DNA from: Saccostrea echinata
Lineage: Eukaryota
Length of the DNA: 64,000 nt
Reading direction: 5' to 3'
Assembly: GCF_033153115.1 (NCBI RefSeq)
Contig: NW_026889756.1
Coordinates: 2,418,001-2,482,000, forward strand
Part shown: positions 52,152 through 64,000 of the stretch, piece by piece
How the letters are laid out: each line of letters starts with the position of its first letter
Position numbering within the stretch: the first letter of the stretch is position 1
Notes under the pieces: generated by a model
What the model was told of the DNA's origin: nothing
What the model saw: only the letters and a program-made list of their open reading frames with translations
The model's database searches: none
Program-made: the position numbers and the translations under genes

Positions 52152-52643
52152 CAACAAGCATTCTGAGAGTATTGCATTAACAATACTACTCCCCTACCGG
52201 CAAGTGTAATCTGGTTCCCGTTAAGAATTGAAAATGCCATAATTCCGTCAAAAATTAATGAAGCGGGACGAAATGCAAACTTAATCTGTAACTTATCAAG
52301 GTAAAGCCACATACTAGCTCAATATCTACAAGCGTTCAGAAGAAGATTGCGGAAAACCCGTAAAAATTGAAAAGGCCGTAATTCAGTCAAAAATCAATGA
52401 AGCGAAACGAAATGCAAACTTGATCTGTAACTCATCAAGATACACTCACATACCAAAAATCAGCTCAATATCTGCAAGCGTTTAGGAAAATAGTGCGGAA
52501 AACCTAGTGCGACAGACTGACAGACAGACAGAGGGACAGACAGACAGAGAGACGGACAGACAGAGGGACAGACAGACAGACGGACGGACAGACTCAGAGG
52601 AAACTTAAGTCCCCTCCGGTTTCACCGGTAGGGGACTAATAAA
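52152..52643 (-). mobile_element. HINE (non-autonomous Helentron, CvA/pearl-like)
   Basis: AGTCCCCT..CCGG..CCGGTAGGGGACT terminal inverted motif, (GACA)n microsatellite, two internal tandem units, subTIR TCCCCTACCGG near the other end. Confidence 0.75.
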
Positions 52644-52791
52644 AGATATTGCATGGCAACAACACCAGGAAAACATAATTTCAAAACCAAGTATTCATTT
52701 GTCAAACTGTTTTATTTAATGTTACCGAGCTCACGCCAACAGGTGTTGTGACACAAAATGATCCAGCATAAGCAATGATGTATATAAAATA

Positions 52792-54423
52792 TTATTTTTC
52801 TGTCTCTTGCAAATACGTGTAGACAGAGATAGTAGAACTATCCCATCCTCCGACCCAGAGGTTGTGTTGATTATCAATACAGAGAGCACAGGGACATAGA
52901 GGACAATGATCTGGTGTGAGTAGGAGAGACAGGAACTGACCATTAATATCCAGCAGGTGGACAGCAGAGCAATTCTCGTTTAGTGTAAAATAGCCATTAC
53001 ACACCAAAATGTGTCCCAGAACATTTGTACAAATTCCATGAGGCCGGAATCCAGACTGAGCGTGGAGGCCAGAGTAAGAGAACCGGTACTTTCCTGACGC
53101 AGTCACCACCACCACCTTTTTGGCTTTCAAGTCTGATACACAAATGTCACCATTAATGTTCTGTGTGATATAGTCAACACTTTTGTAGAGAGATTGTCCT
53201 TTATCATCCCTCTGAATGTCCTGTAACTGCCTTCCTTTTCTGTTGTATCTGGTTATTTTCTGGTCTAAATTTGTTGTCATCCCGACCAATATGTGTCCAT
53301 TGATAGGAGAGGAATAAATGGCTACAGGTACCCAGCTCCCTGTCTCAATAAATTTGGTGATGGACATGTAACTAGTAACTCTGTAGACAGTGTTTTCATT
53401 GTTATCTGTGTAAAGTAGTTCTCCCTCTGTTGTGACTGTGTGGTTACCTATGATATACCACATACTGGTGGATATTTTCTGTAAGATGTTTCCTTCCATG
53501 TCAGACTGAATGAGATTCCCCGAGCCTTCAGTGGCCCAAAATCTGTTGGGAGGCAAGGGAGACAAATGAGAAGTTCCTTGTCCTTGGATAGTTACTTCAC
53601 TTACTTTTGTAACAGAAGAAAGCTTAAACCTTTCAAGTTCAATTTCACCAAGTTGTTTGGCTATTTCTTCTTTGTTAATTGTACCTAGTGTAAAAATTGG
53701 TAGTTTGGGTTCTGCTTTGTTAGGCATCTTCAAGAAAGCAAATGAAATATTTTTATGGAAAATTATTAATTCAGTGGGTTTTATTGATGACATTTTACTC
53801 TCATAGTCTACAATCATTTTTTCTAGGTACTTTATGTAGTCCTCTGTTTCCTTCTGTTGTTCTACCATTTCATTAAGGACAGAGTTCTCGATCTCATCCA
53901 GTTTTTTATTATTATCAGTAAGTATACTATCAACAGCCTTCTTCAGTTCATCTGCTCTCTCCTTCATGGAAGTTCTTACAATGGCAATTTCTTTCTTGAC
54001 ATTTTCTCTTTTTTCTTCAAATGTCTCAACATTATCTCTAGCCTTAGGAATGTCTGTTTTCCAGATATCAGTAACTTCCTTCTGACATTGCTGTAAAATG
54101 TCATTGTAGATGGTTTCAAGGTCACTGGTATCATGATTTCTGTGATGTAGGACAAAGCATGTAGAACAAAGAGGATCCTGGCAATCAGTACAGTAAATAT
54201 CTATATTTTTGGTGGGGTGGATCCTACATTTCTCTGAAGGAACTTTTCTCTTTCTCTCTTGATAGAGGACAATCTCATGTCCAATGTTCTGTTCTAGATG
54301 CGACTGTTTGCATTGGTCACAGATTCGCTGATGACAGTTATTGCAGTAGAACTTGGAGGAATTCCTACAGGATTCCGTGTCACACTCAATAAAGTGCTGG
54401 GCTGTATCTGGTACTTGGTCCAT
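52792..54423 (-). CDS. Intronless RING-less TRIM-like protein (two B-boxes, coiled coil, NHL-type beta-propeller), 543 aa
   Basis: Uninterrupted ORF with B-box motifs (C..C..FYCNNCHQRICDQCKQSH; CRIHP..YCTDCQDPLCSTCFVLHHRNH), a coiled coil, and NHL-like repeats (NINGDICVSD, PHGICTNVLGHILVC, ALCIDNQHNLWVG). Typical of the expanded bivalve B-box/NHL family. Confidence 0.9.
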   Translation of the reverse strand: MDQVPDTAQHFIECDTESCRNSSKFYCNNCHQRICDQCKQSHLEQNIGHEIVLYQERKRKVPSEKCRIHPTKNIDIYCTDCQDPLCSTCFVLHHRNHDTSDLETIYNDILQQCQKEVTDIWKTDIPKARDNVETFEEKRENVKKEIAIVRTSMKERADELKKAVDSILTDNNKKLDEIENSVLNEMVEQQKETEDYIKYLEKMIVDYESKMSSIKPTELIIFHKNISFAFLKMPNKAEPKLPIFTLGTINKEEIAKQLGEIELERFKLSSVTKVSEVTIQGQGTSHLSPLPPNRFWATEGSGNLIQSDMEGNILQKISTSMWYIIGNHTVTTEGELLYTDNNENTVYRVTSYMSITKFIETGSWVPVAIYSSPINGHILVGMTTNLDQKITRYNRKGRQLQDIQRDDKGQSLYKSVDYITQNINGDICVSDLKAKKVVVVTASGKYRFSYSGLHAQSGFRPHGICTNVLGHILVCNGYFTLNENCSAVHLLDINGQFLSLLLTPDHCPLCPCALCIDNQHNLWVGGWDSSTISVYTYLQETEK

Positions 54424-57204
54424 TATTGTTGATCAAAACTCTAAAAAGAACCCCATTTATTACCATAATAAAGGTATGACACTTATAAATGGGTATAGCT
54501 TACAACACATACTACACTCAATTTTCAAAAGAGGAGATTTACTAACTCTCTTACCTTTTCTGTGATCTGGTAAATGAATCTCTTTCACAATACCTTACCA
54601 GTCAAGATTGGTGTCGGCCATTTGTAATGTATGACGTGTGTCCAGGTAGAATGCAGTTTACTTCCTGCTTCAAACAAAAACATTTAAATCTCCAGTCTTT
54701 TCACAGGTGCAATAGTTAAAGAGAAAAAAACTGTGCAATGATTTAAATAACATAATGGTAGCTTGAAGGGGATAATGATGTTAAACATACTGGCTGGTCC
54801 CTTATATTTTAGAAGTGTTTATCATTTGATAAATAAAAGACCTNNNNNNNNNNNNNNNNNNNNNNNNNNNNNNNNNNNNNNNNNNNNNNNNNNNNNNNNN
54901 NNNNNNNNNNNNNNNNNNNNNNNNNNNNNNNNNNNNNNNNNNNNNNNNNNNNNNNNNNNNNNNNNNNNNNNNNNNNNTTGGTTTTAAACTTAGAAATTAA
55001 TTCATGCATTTTAGTAAGAAGTCATATAAGAAACATTGTTAAAGAAGTATCAACATACTGAATGGGTTGACCAAGTGGATAAGGTATTAAAGGATGAATT
55101 AGAAAAAGTTCAATGATGCAATCAGGCTTCTGGGCATATTCGAAGCAAACAGAGTAAAAGTTTGAATATGCAAAGGTATTTTTACCGGAATTTTGAACAC
55201 CTGGACCATTTAGTCAAGTGTTCTGGTCCCGGCCAAGGCTCTTTTATCTTGTATTCTGCCGAGCAAAGTTACTCCCCTTTGCCATTCACCTTTGATAAGT
55301 AATCATTGTAAACAATGTATTTGAAAGGTTAATAGAATACAAAAATTATGCAAAAATATTTATTGTATAATACAAAAAGTACTTTAATAGTTTAAATGAT
55401 CAGGTAGACTTGGAAATAATAGATGAATAAAAATGAGACAAAATTAACTTATCTTTTTAAATGTTCTTCAAAGGCCAAGAGAGGCCAATGTGAGAAGTAA
55501 TAATAAGGGGGTTTTGTTTATAGTCTGCATGGTAATAGTGATAAATGGGAGACAGATAGATACTAGACCTATTATTTTGCTAATAATAATATTTTTCTTG
55601 CTTTTGGGCAACAAAGCTTCATTTATCAGTTATGGATCCTCTAAATTATTGTAATGTTGTATTGTACTCAGGTGACCGTTAAAGCCCTTGGGCCTCTTGT
55701 TATTTGCTGGAATTTCATTTTCGTGTAGTTATGCAAGACTGCTTGCTTACAAAAAATTCACTCACATATATTTGTATTGTTAGGGATTATATACAACAAT
55801 TATAGTTGGTAAAGATTTTGTTTCCCTTATAATACCAAACAGCTAACTCGCAAAAATATGATGTCAAGCAAAATTCAATTTGATCTACAATTTGTGGTAT
55901 TACTGTACAATTCTCAATAAAAAGGACTCCAACCTTTATGTATTATTGTTTTCTCTTGATCCACTCCTATGAAGTTATCTTAAGCTTGAAATCCAGCTAG
56001 AGGTCAAAATGTTTCGATACAAGTTGCATTTCATTTAAACTTTTTCACTAATATTACAGGTTCCAGAAAGTCTTCAGAAGGCAGTTTTAAGCCAGGCTGC
56101 CTACCACCTGATGTGTGGAGAATATGAGGGAACACAGAAATCATCACATGACAGACATCTTCCTGTTGATGTACCCCTGAGAGACTTAAAAACAAGGCTA
56201 CACAAACTAAAGATTCTGTCACAGCACATCTAGTCTCAAGGTTCAGTGCTGTATAATGGGAATCTCAAAACTAGTTCAGTTTTCAACAGTTTCTAATTTA
56301 ATTTTATATTGTGTGTGTTCACAAGCTTCCTGCATTTAAAGAATTGAATTATTTTTTGTGATTAAATATTGAAAACTATATGAATTTATTCGTTGTTTTA
56401 TTAGGAAACTGCTGAGGGAGCAAATCATCCACGTGTTTATATCAATACTTTACTCCACTGTGACAATGTTTAAAACAAAGGAATTGGAGGACAAATACAA
56501 ACAAAGTGTGCCAGAGTTTATCACATGCCTCCAAAACAGAACCTTCTCTCACAGGGACAGTGAACAAATAATCCAAACCATAACAGATCTCCTGTACGGA
56601 GTTATGGGGACTGATCTATTTATAGTCAGGGAGTGTTTGAGTGGAATACTTGCAGTATCTGATGATGTGACTGATATGAGTACAGTAGGGAGACTGTGTG
56701 TGTATGTAGGTCTACTGGGCATGCTCCTCCACAGACCTAGGTCGCCTGTGGATCCTGTAATCAAGACACTGATCAAACTACAACTCAAACAAAGGGAGGT
56801 AAGGCAAACTGGGGAACATAGATTAAGAGCATAGAAATTTTTTTTTAAAAATGTCTGGAATTTCCTTTCTGCTATTCAATATTAACTTTTTTGCAAAATT
56901 ATGTTAGGTAATGATGATTTTTAAAGTAATTGGAAATAAAATTAAGTTTAGGAGATTAATAAATACATTGAGGTCAAGGTCATCCATCACAGACAAATGA
57001 CAGGTCTACATCTGCAGGACACGCCCTCCCGCCTACAACATCCTTTGATCCTCAACTTGATTGACAGGAGGGAGAAGTTACAGAGACAGAAGCCTTACAG
57101 TCCCAGCAGGCCTACAGAACAAGCACCTGTCAGGTTATGGATGTATATTTCAGAATTAATAATTAATATGATGACTATAAATTAATTATATGACGCTGTT
57201 ATCA

Positions 57205-57212
57205 TTTTTACA

Positions 57213-57244
<32 letters not shown>

Positions 57245-59121
57245 CCATTTTTGTCTGTTGTCGTGTGTAGTCCGTCGTGCGTTAACTTTTGAACATTTTC
57301 AACTTCTTCTCAAGAACCGCTCAACCAATTTTGGCATATAGCATTTTTGGGTGAAGGGGAAGAAAAATTTTGAATTTCATGGCCCCTCCCCCCCCCCCCC
57401 CCGGGGCCCCAGGGTTTGGGCTAAAACCAACAAAATTGATACAATCTTTAAAAATCCTCTTCTTTACTCCTAAACATCAAGTAGTCAAACTGTTGGCATG
57501 TTTGTAATAAGCATTGGGCCCTCTACCTAAATTGTGAAATTCATGGCCCCAGGGCCAGGGGTTCTGGTGCTAGGGCGAGGCTATATAGATCATATAGTGA
57601 AAGTGCATTATTTCCCTGAAAATCTTCTTCTCTTCTCCTGGGTATTATTTAAACAAACTCAGTGCATAGTTATGATAAGCATTGATGCCTTTTCCAAAAT
57701 TGTGAATTTCATGGCCCCTTGGTCAGGGGTTCTGGTGGTAGGGCGGGGCTCTATTGATTATATAGTGAAAATGCATTAATTCTTTGAAAATCTTCTTCTC
57801 TGCTCCTGATTATTATTAAAATAAACTAAGTGCATGGTTATGATGCACAAGGATGCTTTTTCCAAAATTTTGAAATTCATGGCCCCAGGGACATGAGGTT
57901 CTGGTGTTAGGGTGGAGCTCTATTGATTATATAGTGAAAATGCATTAATTCTTTGAAAATCTTCTTCTCTGCTCCTGGATATTATATAAACAAACTAAGT
58001 GCATGCTTATGATAAGCATTAATGCCTTTTCCAAAATTGTGAATTTCATGGCCCCTGGGTCAGGGGTTCTGGTGGTAGGGAGGGGCTCTATTGATTATAA
58101 AGTAAAATGCATTAATTCTTTGAAAATCTTCTTCTCTGCTCCTGGGTATTATTTAAACAAACTAAGTGCATGGTTATGATACACAAGGATGCTTTTTCTA
58201 AAATTGTGAAATTCATGGCCCCAGGGACAGGGGTTCTGGTGTTAGGGTGGGGCTCTATTGATCATATAGTGAAAAAGGATTTATTAATACTTAATATATT
58301 ATTTATTAATAAAATGAAAATGTTTTAAATCTATGAAAATCTTCAACTAAGTGCATAGTTATGATGAAGAGGGTACCTCTACCAAATTAATGAATTTCAT
58401 GATCCTGGGACATGGGTTTTAGTGTTAGGGTAAGGGTATGTTGAATCTGTAGTGAAAATGCATTATTTCTTTGAAAATATTCTCTGCTCCTTGGCATATC
58501 AAAGGCAAACAGAATTAAAGTTTTAATAAGCAAGGATATTTTTACCAGATTTTTGAACATCAGGACCATTTGGTCAAGTGTTCTGGTCCTAGTCAGGGCT
58601 CTATCAATTTGTATTCAACTGAGAGAAGTTATTCCCCTTTGCCATTTACTTTTGATAATTAATCACTGTAAATAATGTATTTGAAAGTTAATAGAATAAG
58701 AGAATTATGCAAAAAAATTTATTGAATAATACAAAAAGTACTTTCAAAGTTTAAAGGATCAGGTAGACTTGTAAATAATAAATAGATAAAAATGAGACAA
58801 AAATAACTTTATTAAATGTTCTTCAAAGACCAAAAGAGGCCAATGTGAGAGGTCACAATGTGGGGTTAAAAGTAGTACAGAGGAACTAATAGTTTGTTAA
58901 TAGTCTGCATGGTGATAGTGCTAAATGGGGGATATTTAATTAGAATTTAATGTATGAGTTGTTACTAAATACTAGACTAATCATTTCATTGATTCTTATC
59001 ATCCTATTTCTCTTGCTTTTGGGCAACAAAGCTTCATCTATCAGTTTATTTTATATGCTATGGATCTTCTAAATTGTTGTATTATACTCAGGTGACTGTT
59101 TAGGCCCTTGGGCCTCTTGTT
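57205..59121 (+). mobile_element. HINE carrying an array of about 166-bp satellite monomers (Cg170-like); a 3' fragment of the same family lies at about 55040-55701
   Basis: 5' TTTTTA..TCACCTGAGTCACTCAGGTGA; repeated AAATTGTGAAATTCATGGCCCC units; 3' ACTCAGGTGA plus hairpin AGGCCC-TT-GGGCCT and TT. Confidence 0.85.
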
Positions 59122-61849
59122 AACAATTTTAGCCGTGCCTGTGAAACAGTAGTTAAGGATTGAATTTATTGTCACTTTGAAATTCATTCCTCCATTGCAG
59201 TACAAACAACTTATGAGTATGATAAGGGACTTTGTTAACACCAATGGATCTGTCACTCACAAAATTCAGCTAATGGAAAAATTATTAAGGGTTTGCCAAT
59301 CTGGAGAATTAACCAGTGAGATTGCAGAAGAGAGGACCTGGCAGAAAACTCACCAGCGATTGGTCAGCTCCCTAGAGCAGGAGTTCCCTTTGTACAGAGA
59401 CATCACCACACCCTTCATAGTCGCCCTCCAACAGGTGAGTGAATATAAAGGTTAGACCTGATGCCAGAATTCAGTGCATCATCATGGTAAACCACAAGTT
59501 TTTGAGTCCCTTCTGTTTCCACAAACCTGGAGCTGTCTTCTGCAAGGCTTGCTCTTTCTTCCAAATGAAAATCTCAATATTTATGAACGGTCACCAGATT
59601 TAATGTAGAAGTCATACATACTGTGATGATGTAGAGACCCCTATAAATGCAACTGTAAAAGTAAGGTATACATGAGATCTTACTTCTTTATTTTAGGTGA
59701 GATGTGGTATAAGGCTTATTGCTGGCTGTGTCAAAGAAGCGTACAATGCTCAACAATTAACTGACAGAAAGACTGAAGGTGACCAGTCAGGTAGGAAAGC
59801 ACTTCTAATGATGGAATAGGTTTCGATTACAAGATACATTCTTTCGTAATTCAAAAATCTACTGGTATTTAGTTGTAGCATGCAGTTATTTTGAATTTTC
59901 TCAGAGATATTATGGAAGTGTGTGATTTTTTTCTCAAGGTCCATGAGACAATAGGTCACGTCAAGGAAGCAGGTCAGCCTTTAGAAAAATTCCCATTTAT
60001 TTCATCAGATGTGATCAGCAGTTTAAAGCTAGCTCAGAAAATCCTGCTAGTGGAGAGGCTGGTGTTAGGTTGTGGGGGTCAGGTGAAGGAGAACAGGACA
60101 GACCAAACTTCAAGGTATACACTAACAAGTATACATTTTTATCCTGCCTCATAGGCAAATATTGAAATTCCATTGGTTAAGAAAAGTACTGCCTCTATAA
60201 TATTGTTAATATCCCTCCCTCCTTCCACTTGACCTACCGACAAGATTTAAATTCCTTATAACATTTTCACTTGACTTGACCTCTTACGGAGCCTAATAAC
60301 TTACAAGACTATGAACTTTTACAGGCATGATAAATTAACTTTGTACTCATTAAAGGAGTTAATATGCTTTGTCCAATATGTATTTTTTCAAGGACCCCTT
60401 CTAAGTGTCTTTGATACATAACTAGTTGTGATATTAAGGGTATGAACCTGGTAGCCTATGTACATGTGTGATGTATATGGCCTTTATTTGTATGCATATT
60501 TGACTGTGACAGATTCTTCTGCATTTTATGTATTGTTTTAAATTACTATTATTTTCAGACTGTACCTTGGTGCATTAATAATTTTTACTGCGAAACTCAG
60601 CCATGATGAGAAAAGAATTGAACAGAGAGATCCTGTTGTCTCTGCACCAAATCTTCAATTGTTTTATGTTGCCATGGAAACAACAGGAGGAGATACGACG
60701 TCAGAAAGAGGCTGGGGAGGGTCTGTATAAATACAAGACAAAACTTCACGGTGATGACAGAGACAATGAGGTGATAGAGGAGGAAGAATTCAGACAGAAT
60801 TTTCCTTCCTTTCAACAGGTTAGTCAAGGTGTCATTGCACAAGACTATATTAAAAGTCCTGGAATGATAGTAAGATGTGTATTCAAAAAGTGAAAGAAAA
60901 TCGGATTAATGATATTGTTATTCTGCATTTGTATTAAATCCTACTGACCATTGATATACTTAATACAAGTAAATAAATGATTTAGCTCTAAAGCAGTTGG
61001 TAATTGCATGATCCAATATTTTTGCCAAAATCAACTTCAGTATGGAGCAAAAGTTGTTTCATATACATACATGTAATCTGCTTGATTTTTGATAGGATTT
61101 CCAAGACTTGATACCACCTTCTTCTCTGGAAGACACTGGATTTTCTGAGCATTTGGAACCTGAAATAGAAGATACACCCCATAGAGTTACAGAGAGAGAA
61201 GTGACTGCTGTAAGCTTCACCCACCAGCAACTGTTCTCAAGTCTGTCTTCCTCTGATTGGTAATAGCAAAATCATGTGACAGAGGTCACAACCCAGGACA
61301 TCATAGAGCCAACATTGCTGTGCTATAGCATTGCTGCACCTTTGTATAGAGGGCAATGGAACTGTAAGTTTATCGTACAAATTTTCAGTAGAGACATTTG
61401 ATGACCAACTTTGAGGCAGATTTCATGTCAGTAAGTGAATTTAAAAAGTATATAATATTTTTTTTTAATTTCAATTTTTCTCTCCTTTACAGTGTCAGAA
61501 GTGGAAACACAGACATTAGGGAACCACCTGCTGGCTAGTCAGTCACTACAAGAGGAGATAACTCCTGTATATGATAACCAGGCCGAGAAAGCATCGCCCC
61601 AGGGTTATGATGTTTACCATGATTCTAACTTGTCAGAGGTCATTAACTGTGTCCCTATACTACAAAGACTGATGGTCAGAGTGAGAGAACTTCAAGAGGA
61701 GTGGCCTGACCATCCAATATTAATACAGGTAAGGTTAAACATCATCAGTATGTTAATGTATCAAGTATAAACTCCTGAGGAAAATGCACAATGCATGTAT
61801 ATGAAATACAGGATCTTGATATATTTTTTGCTTAGACATGTACCGTAAT

Positions 61850-64000
61850 ACTCTTTTCATACTGTTCCTCTCTTGTACAGGTCACACAGGCTCTCTATTA
61901 TAAAGGTGACATAGATTGTCCTGTTATACTCTTTTGATACTGTCCCTCTGTTATACAGGTGACACAGATTGTCCCGTTATACTGTTTTGATACTGTCCCT
62001 CTGCTATACAAGTGACACAGATTGTCCTGTTCTACTCTTTTGATACTGTCCCTCTGTTATACAGTTGTCACAGATTGTCCTATTATACTCTTTTGATGCT
62101 GTCTCTCTATTATAAAGGTGACATAGATTGTCCTGTTATACTCTTTTGATACTGTCCCTCTGTTATACAGTTTTTGCTAAGACATATACCATAATACTCT
62201 CTTCATACTGTCCCTCTGTTATACAGGTGACACAGATTGTATTGTTATACTGTTTTGATACTGTCCATCTGTTATACAGGTGACACAGATTGTCTGTTAT
62301 ACTGTTTTGATACTGTCCCTTGGTTATACAGGTGACACAGATTGTCCTGTTATTTCTTTTGATATTGTCCCTCTGTTATACAGGTGACACAGATTGTCTG
62401 TTATACTGTTTTGATACTGTCCCTCGGTTATACAGGTGACACAGATTGTCCTGTTAAACTCTTTTGATACTGTCCCTCTGTTATACAGGTGACACAGATT
62501 GTCTGTTATACTGTTTTGATACTGTCCCTCTGTTATACAGGTGACACAGATTGTTCTGTTATACTGTTTTGATACTGTCCCTCGGTTATACAGAGGACAC
62601 AAATTGTCCTGTTAAACTATTTTGATACTGTCCCTCTGTTATACAGGTGACACATATTGTATTGTTCTACTCTTTTGATACTGTCCCTCTGTTATACAGG
62701 TGACACAGATTGTCTGTTATACTGTTTTGATACTGTCCCTCTGTTATACAGGTGACACAGATTGTCCTGTTAAACTCTTTTGATACTGTCCCTCTGTTCT
62801 ACAGGTGACACAGTTTGTTCTGTTATACTCTTTTGATACTGTCCCTCGGTTATACAGGTGACAGAGATTGTCCTGTTATACTGTTTTGATACTGCCCATC
62901 TTTTAAACAGGTGACACAGATTGTCTGTTATACTGTTTTGATACTGTCCCTCGGTTATACAGGTGACACAGATTGTCCTGTTATTTCTTTTGGTATTGTC
63001 CCTCTGTTATACAGGTGACACAGATTGTCTGTTATACTGTTTTGATACTGTCCCTCGGTTATACAGGTGACACAGATTGTCCTGATTAACTCTTTTGATA
63101 CTGTTCCTCTGTTATACAGATGACACAGATTGTCCTGTTATACTGTTTTGATACTGTCCCTCTGTAATACGGGTGACACAGATTGTCCTGTTATACTGTT
63201 TTGATACTGTCCCTCTGTTATACAGGTGACACATTTTGTATTGTTATACTCTTTTGATACTGTCCCTTTGTTATACAGGTGACACAGATTGTCCTGTTAT
63301 ACTCTTTTGATACTGTCCCTCTGTTATACAGGTGACACAGATTGTCTGTTATACTGTTTTAATACTGTCCCTCTGTTATACAGGTGACACAGATTGTCCT
63401 GTTAAACTCTTTTGATACTGTCCCTCTGTTATACAGGTGACACATATTGCACTGTTATACTCTTTTGATACTGTCCCTCTGTTATACAGGTGACACAGAT
63501 TGTTCTGTTATACTCTTTTGATACTGTCCCTCTGTTATACAGGTGACACATATTGCACTGATATACTCTTTTGATACTGTCCCTCTGTTATACAGGTGAC
63601 ACAGATTGTTCTGTTATACTCTTTTGATACTGTCCCTCGGTCATACAGGTGACAGAGATTGTCCTGTTATACTCTTTTGATACTGTCCCTCTGTTATACA
63701 GGTGACACAGATTGTCTGTTATACTGTTTTGATACTGTCCCTCGGTTATACAGGTGACACAGATTGTCCTGTTATACTGTTTTGATACTGTCCCTCTGTA
63801 ATACAGGTGACACAGATTGTCCTGTTATACTCTTTTGATACTGTCCCTCTGTTATACAGGTGACACAGATTGTCTGTTATACTGTTTTTATACTGTCCCT
63901 CTGTTATACAGATGACACAGATTGTCCTGTTATACTGTTTTGATACTGTCCCTCTGTAATACGGGTGACACAGATTGTCCTGTTATACTGTTTTGATACT
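61850..64000 (+). repeat. 52/53-bp minisatellite made of a splice acceptor plus probable exon start
   Basis: Unit TTTTGATACTGTCCCTCTGTTATACAG|GTGACACAGATTGTCCTGTTATACTG, about 40 copies running to the window end. Confidence 0.95.

Larger units (their letters stand above)
41431..61728 (+). pseudogene. MDN1: Midasin (MDN1) linker-region segment, disabled; probably continues past the window end
   Basis: Exons such as 56405-56798 (PVDPVIK), 59199-59434 (EFPLYRDITTPF), 60559-60818 (LYKYKTK..EEEEFRQNFP) and 61493-61728 (YDVYHDSN..LQEEWPDHPILIQ) match my recollection of the midasin linker. In-frame stops at 56231-56233 and 61261-61266. A SINE and a hAT-like element interrupt exons at 41.5 and 42.5 kb. 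The assignment of the 41-45 kb exons is weaker. Confidence 0.8.

Overview
AT-rich, intron-containing eukaryotic DNA, most likely a bivalve (oyster-like) genome judging by its SINE, HINE and satellite repertoire. It has three N gaps. The backbone is two plus-strand, multi-exon segments of midasin (MDN1/Rea1), both disabled. The C-terminal acidic tail and MIDAS/VWA part lies at about 3.5-20.8 kb, and an earlier linker part lies downstream at about 41.4-64 kb, i.e. out of order, implying segmental duplication. An intact intronless B-box/coiled-coil/NHL (TRIM-like) gene sits antisense in a midasin intron (52.8-54.4 kb), with a broken paralogue at 28.5-29.3 kb. Large mobile elements are a full-length, TSD-flanked L1/Tx1-type LINE (23.1-27.9 kb, minus) and a 10.8 kb Helentron (29.4-40.2 kb: Zn finger, Ulp1-like protease, Rep, Pif1 helicase, endonuclease). 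There are also tRNA-derived SINEs, HINEs, several MITE families and minimal hammerhead ribozymes. Two observations stand out. (1) The LINE ORF1 (gag) carries a C-terminal NADAR/YbiA-like domain in frame after its zinc knuckles, suggesting a retroelement-encoded ADP-ribose-removing enzyme. (2) At least five intronic minisatellites are tandem amplifications of the adjacent midasin splice junction itself. All calls are from reading the sequence by eye; no searches were run.
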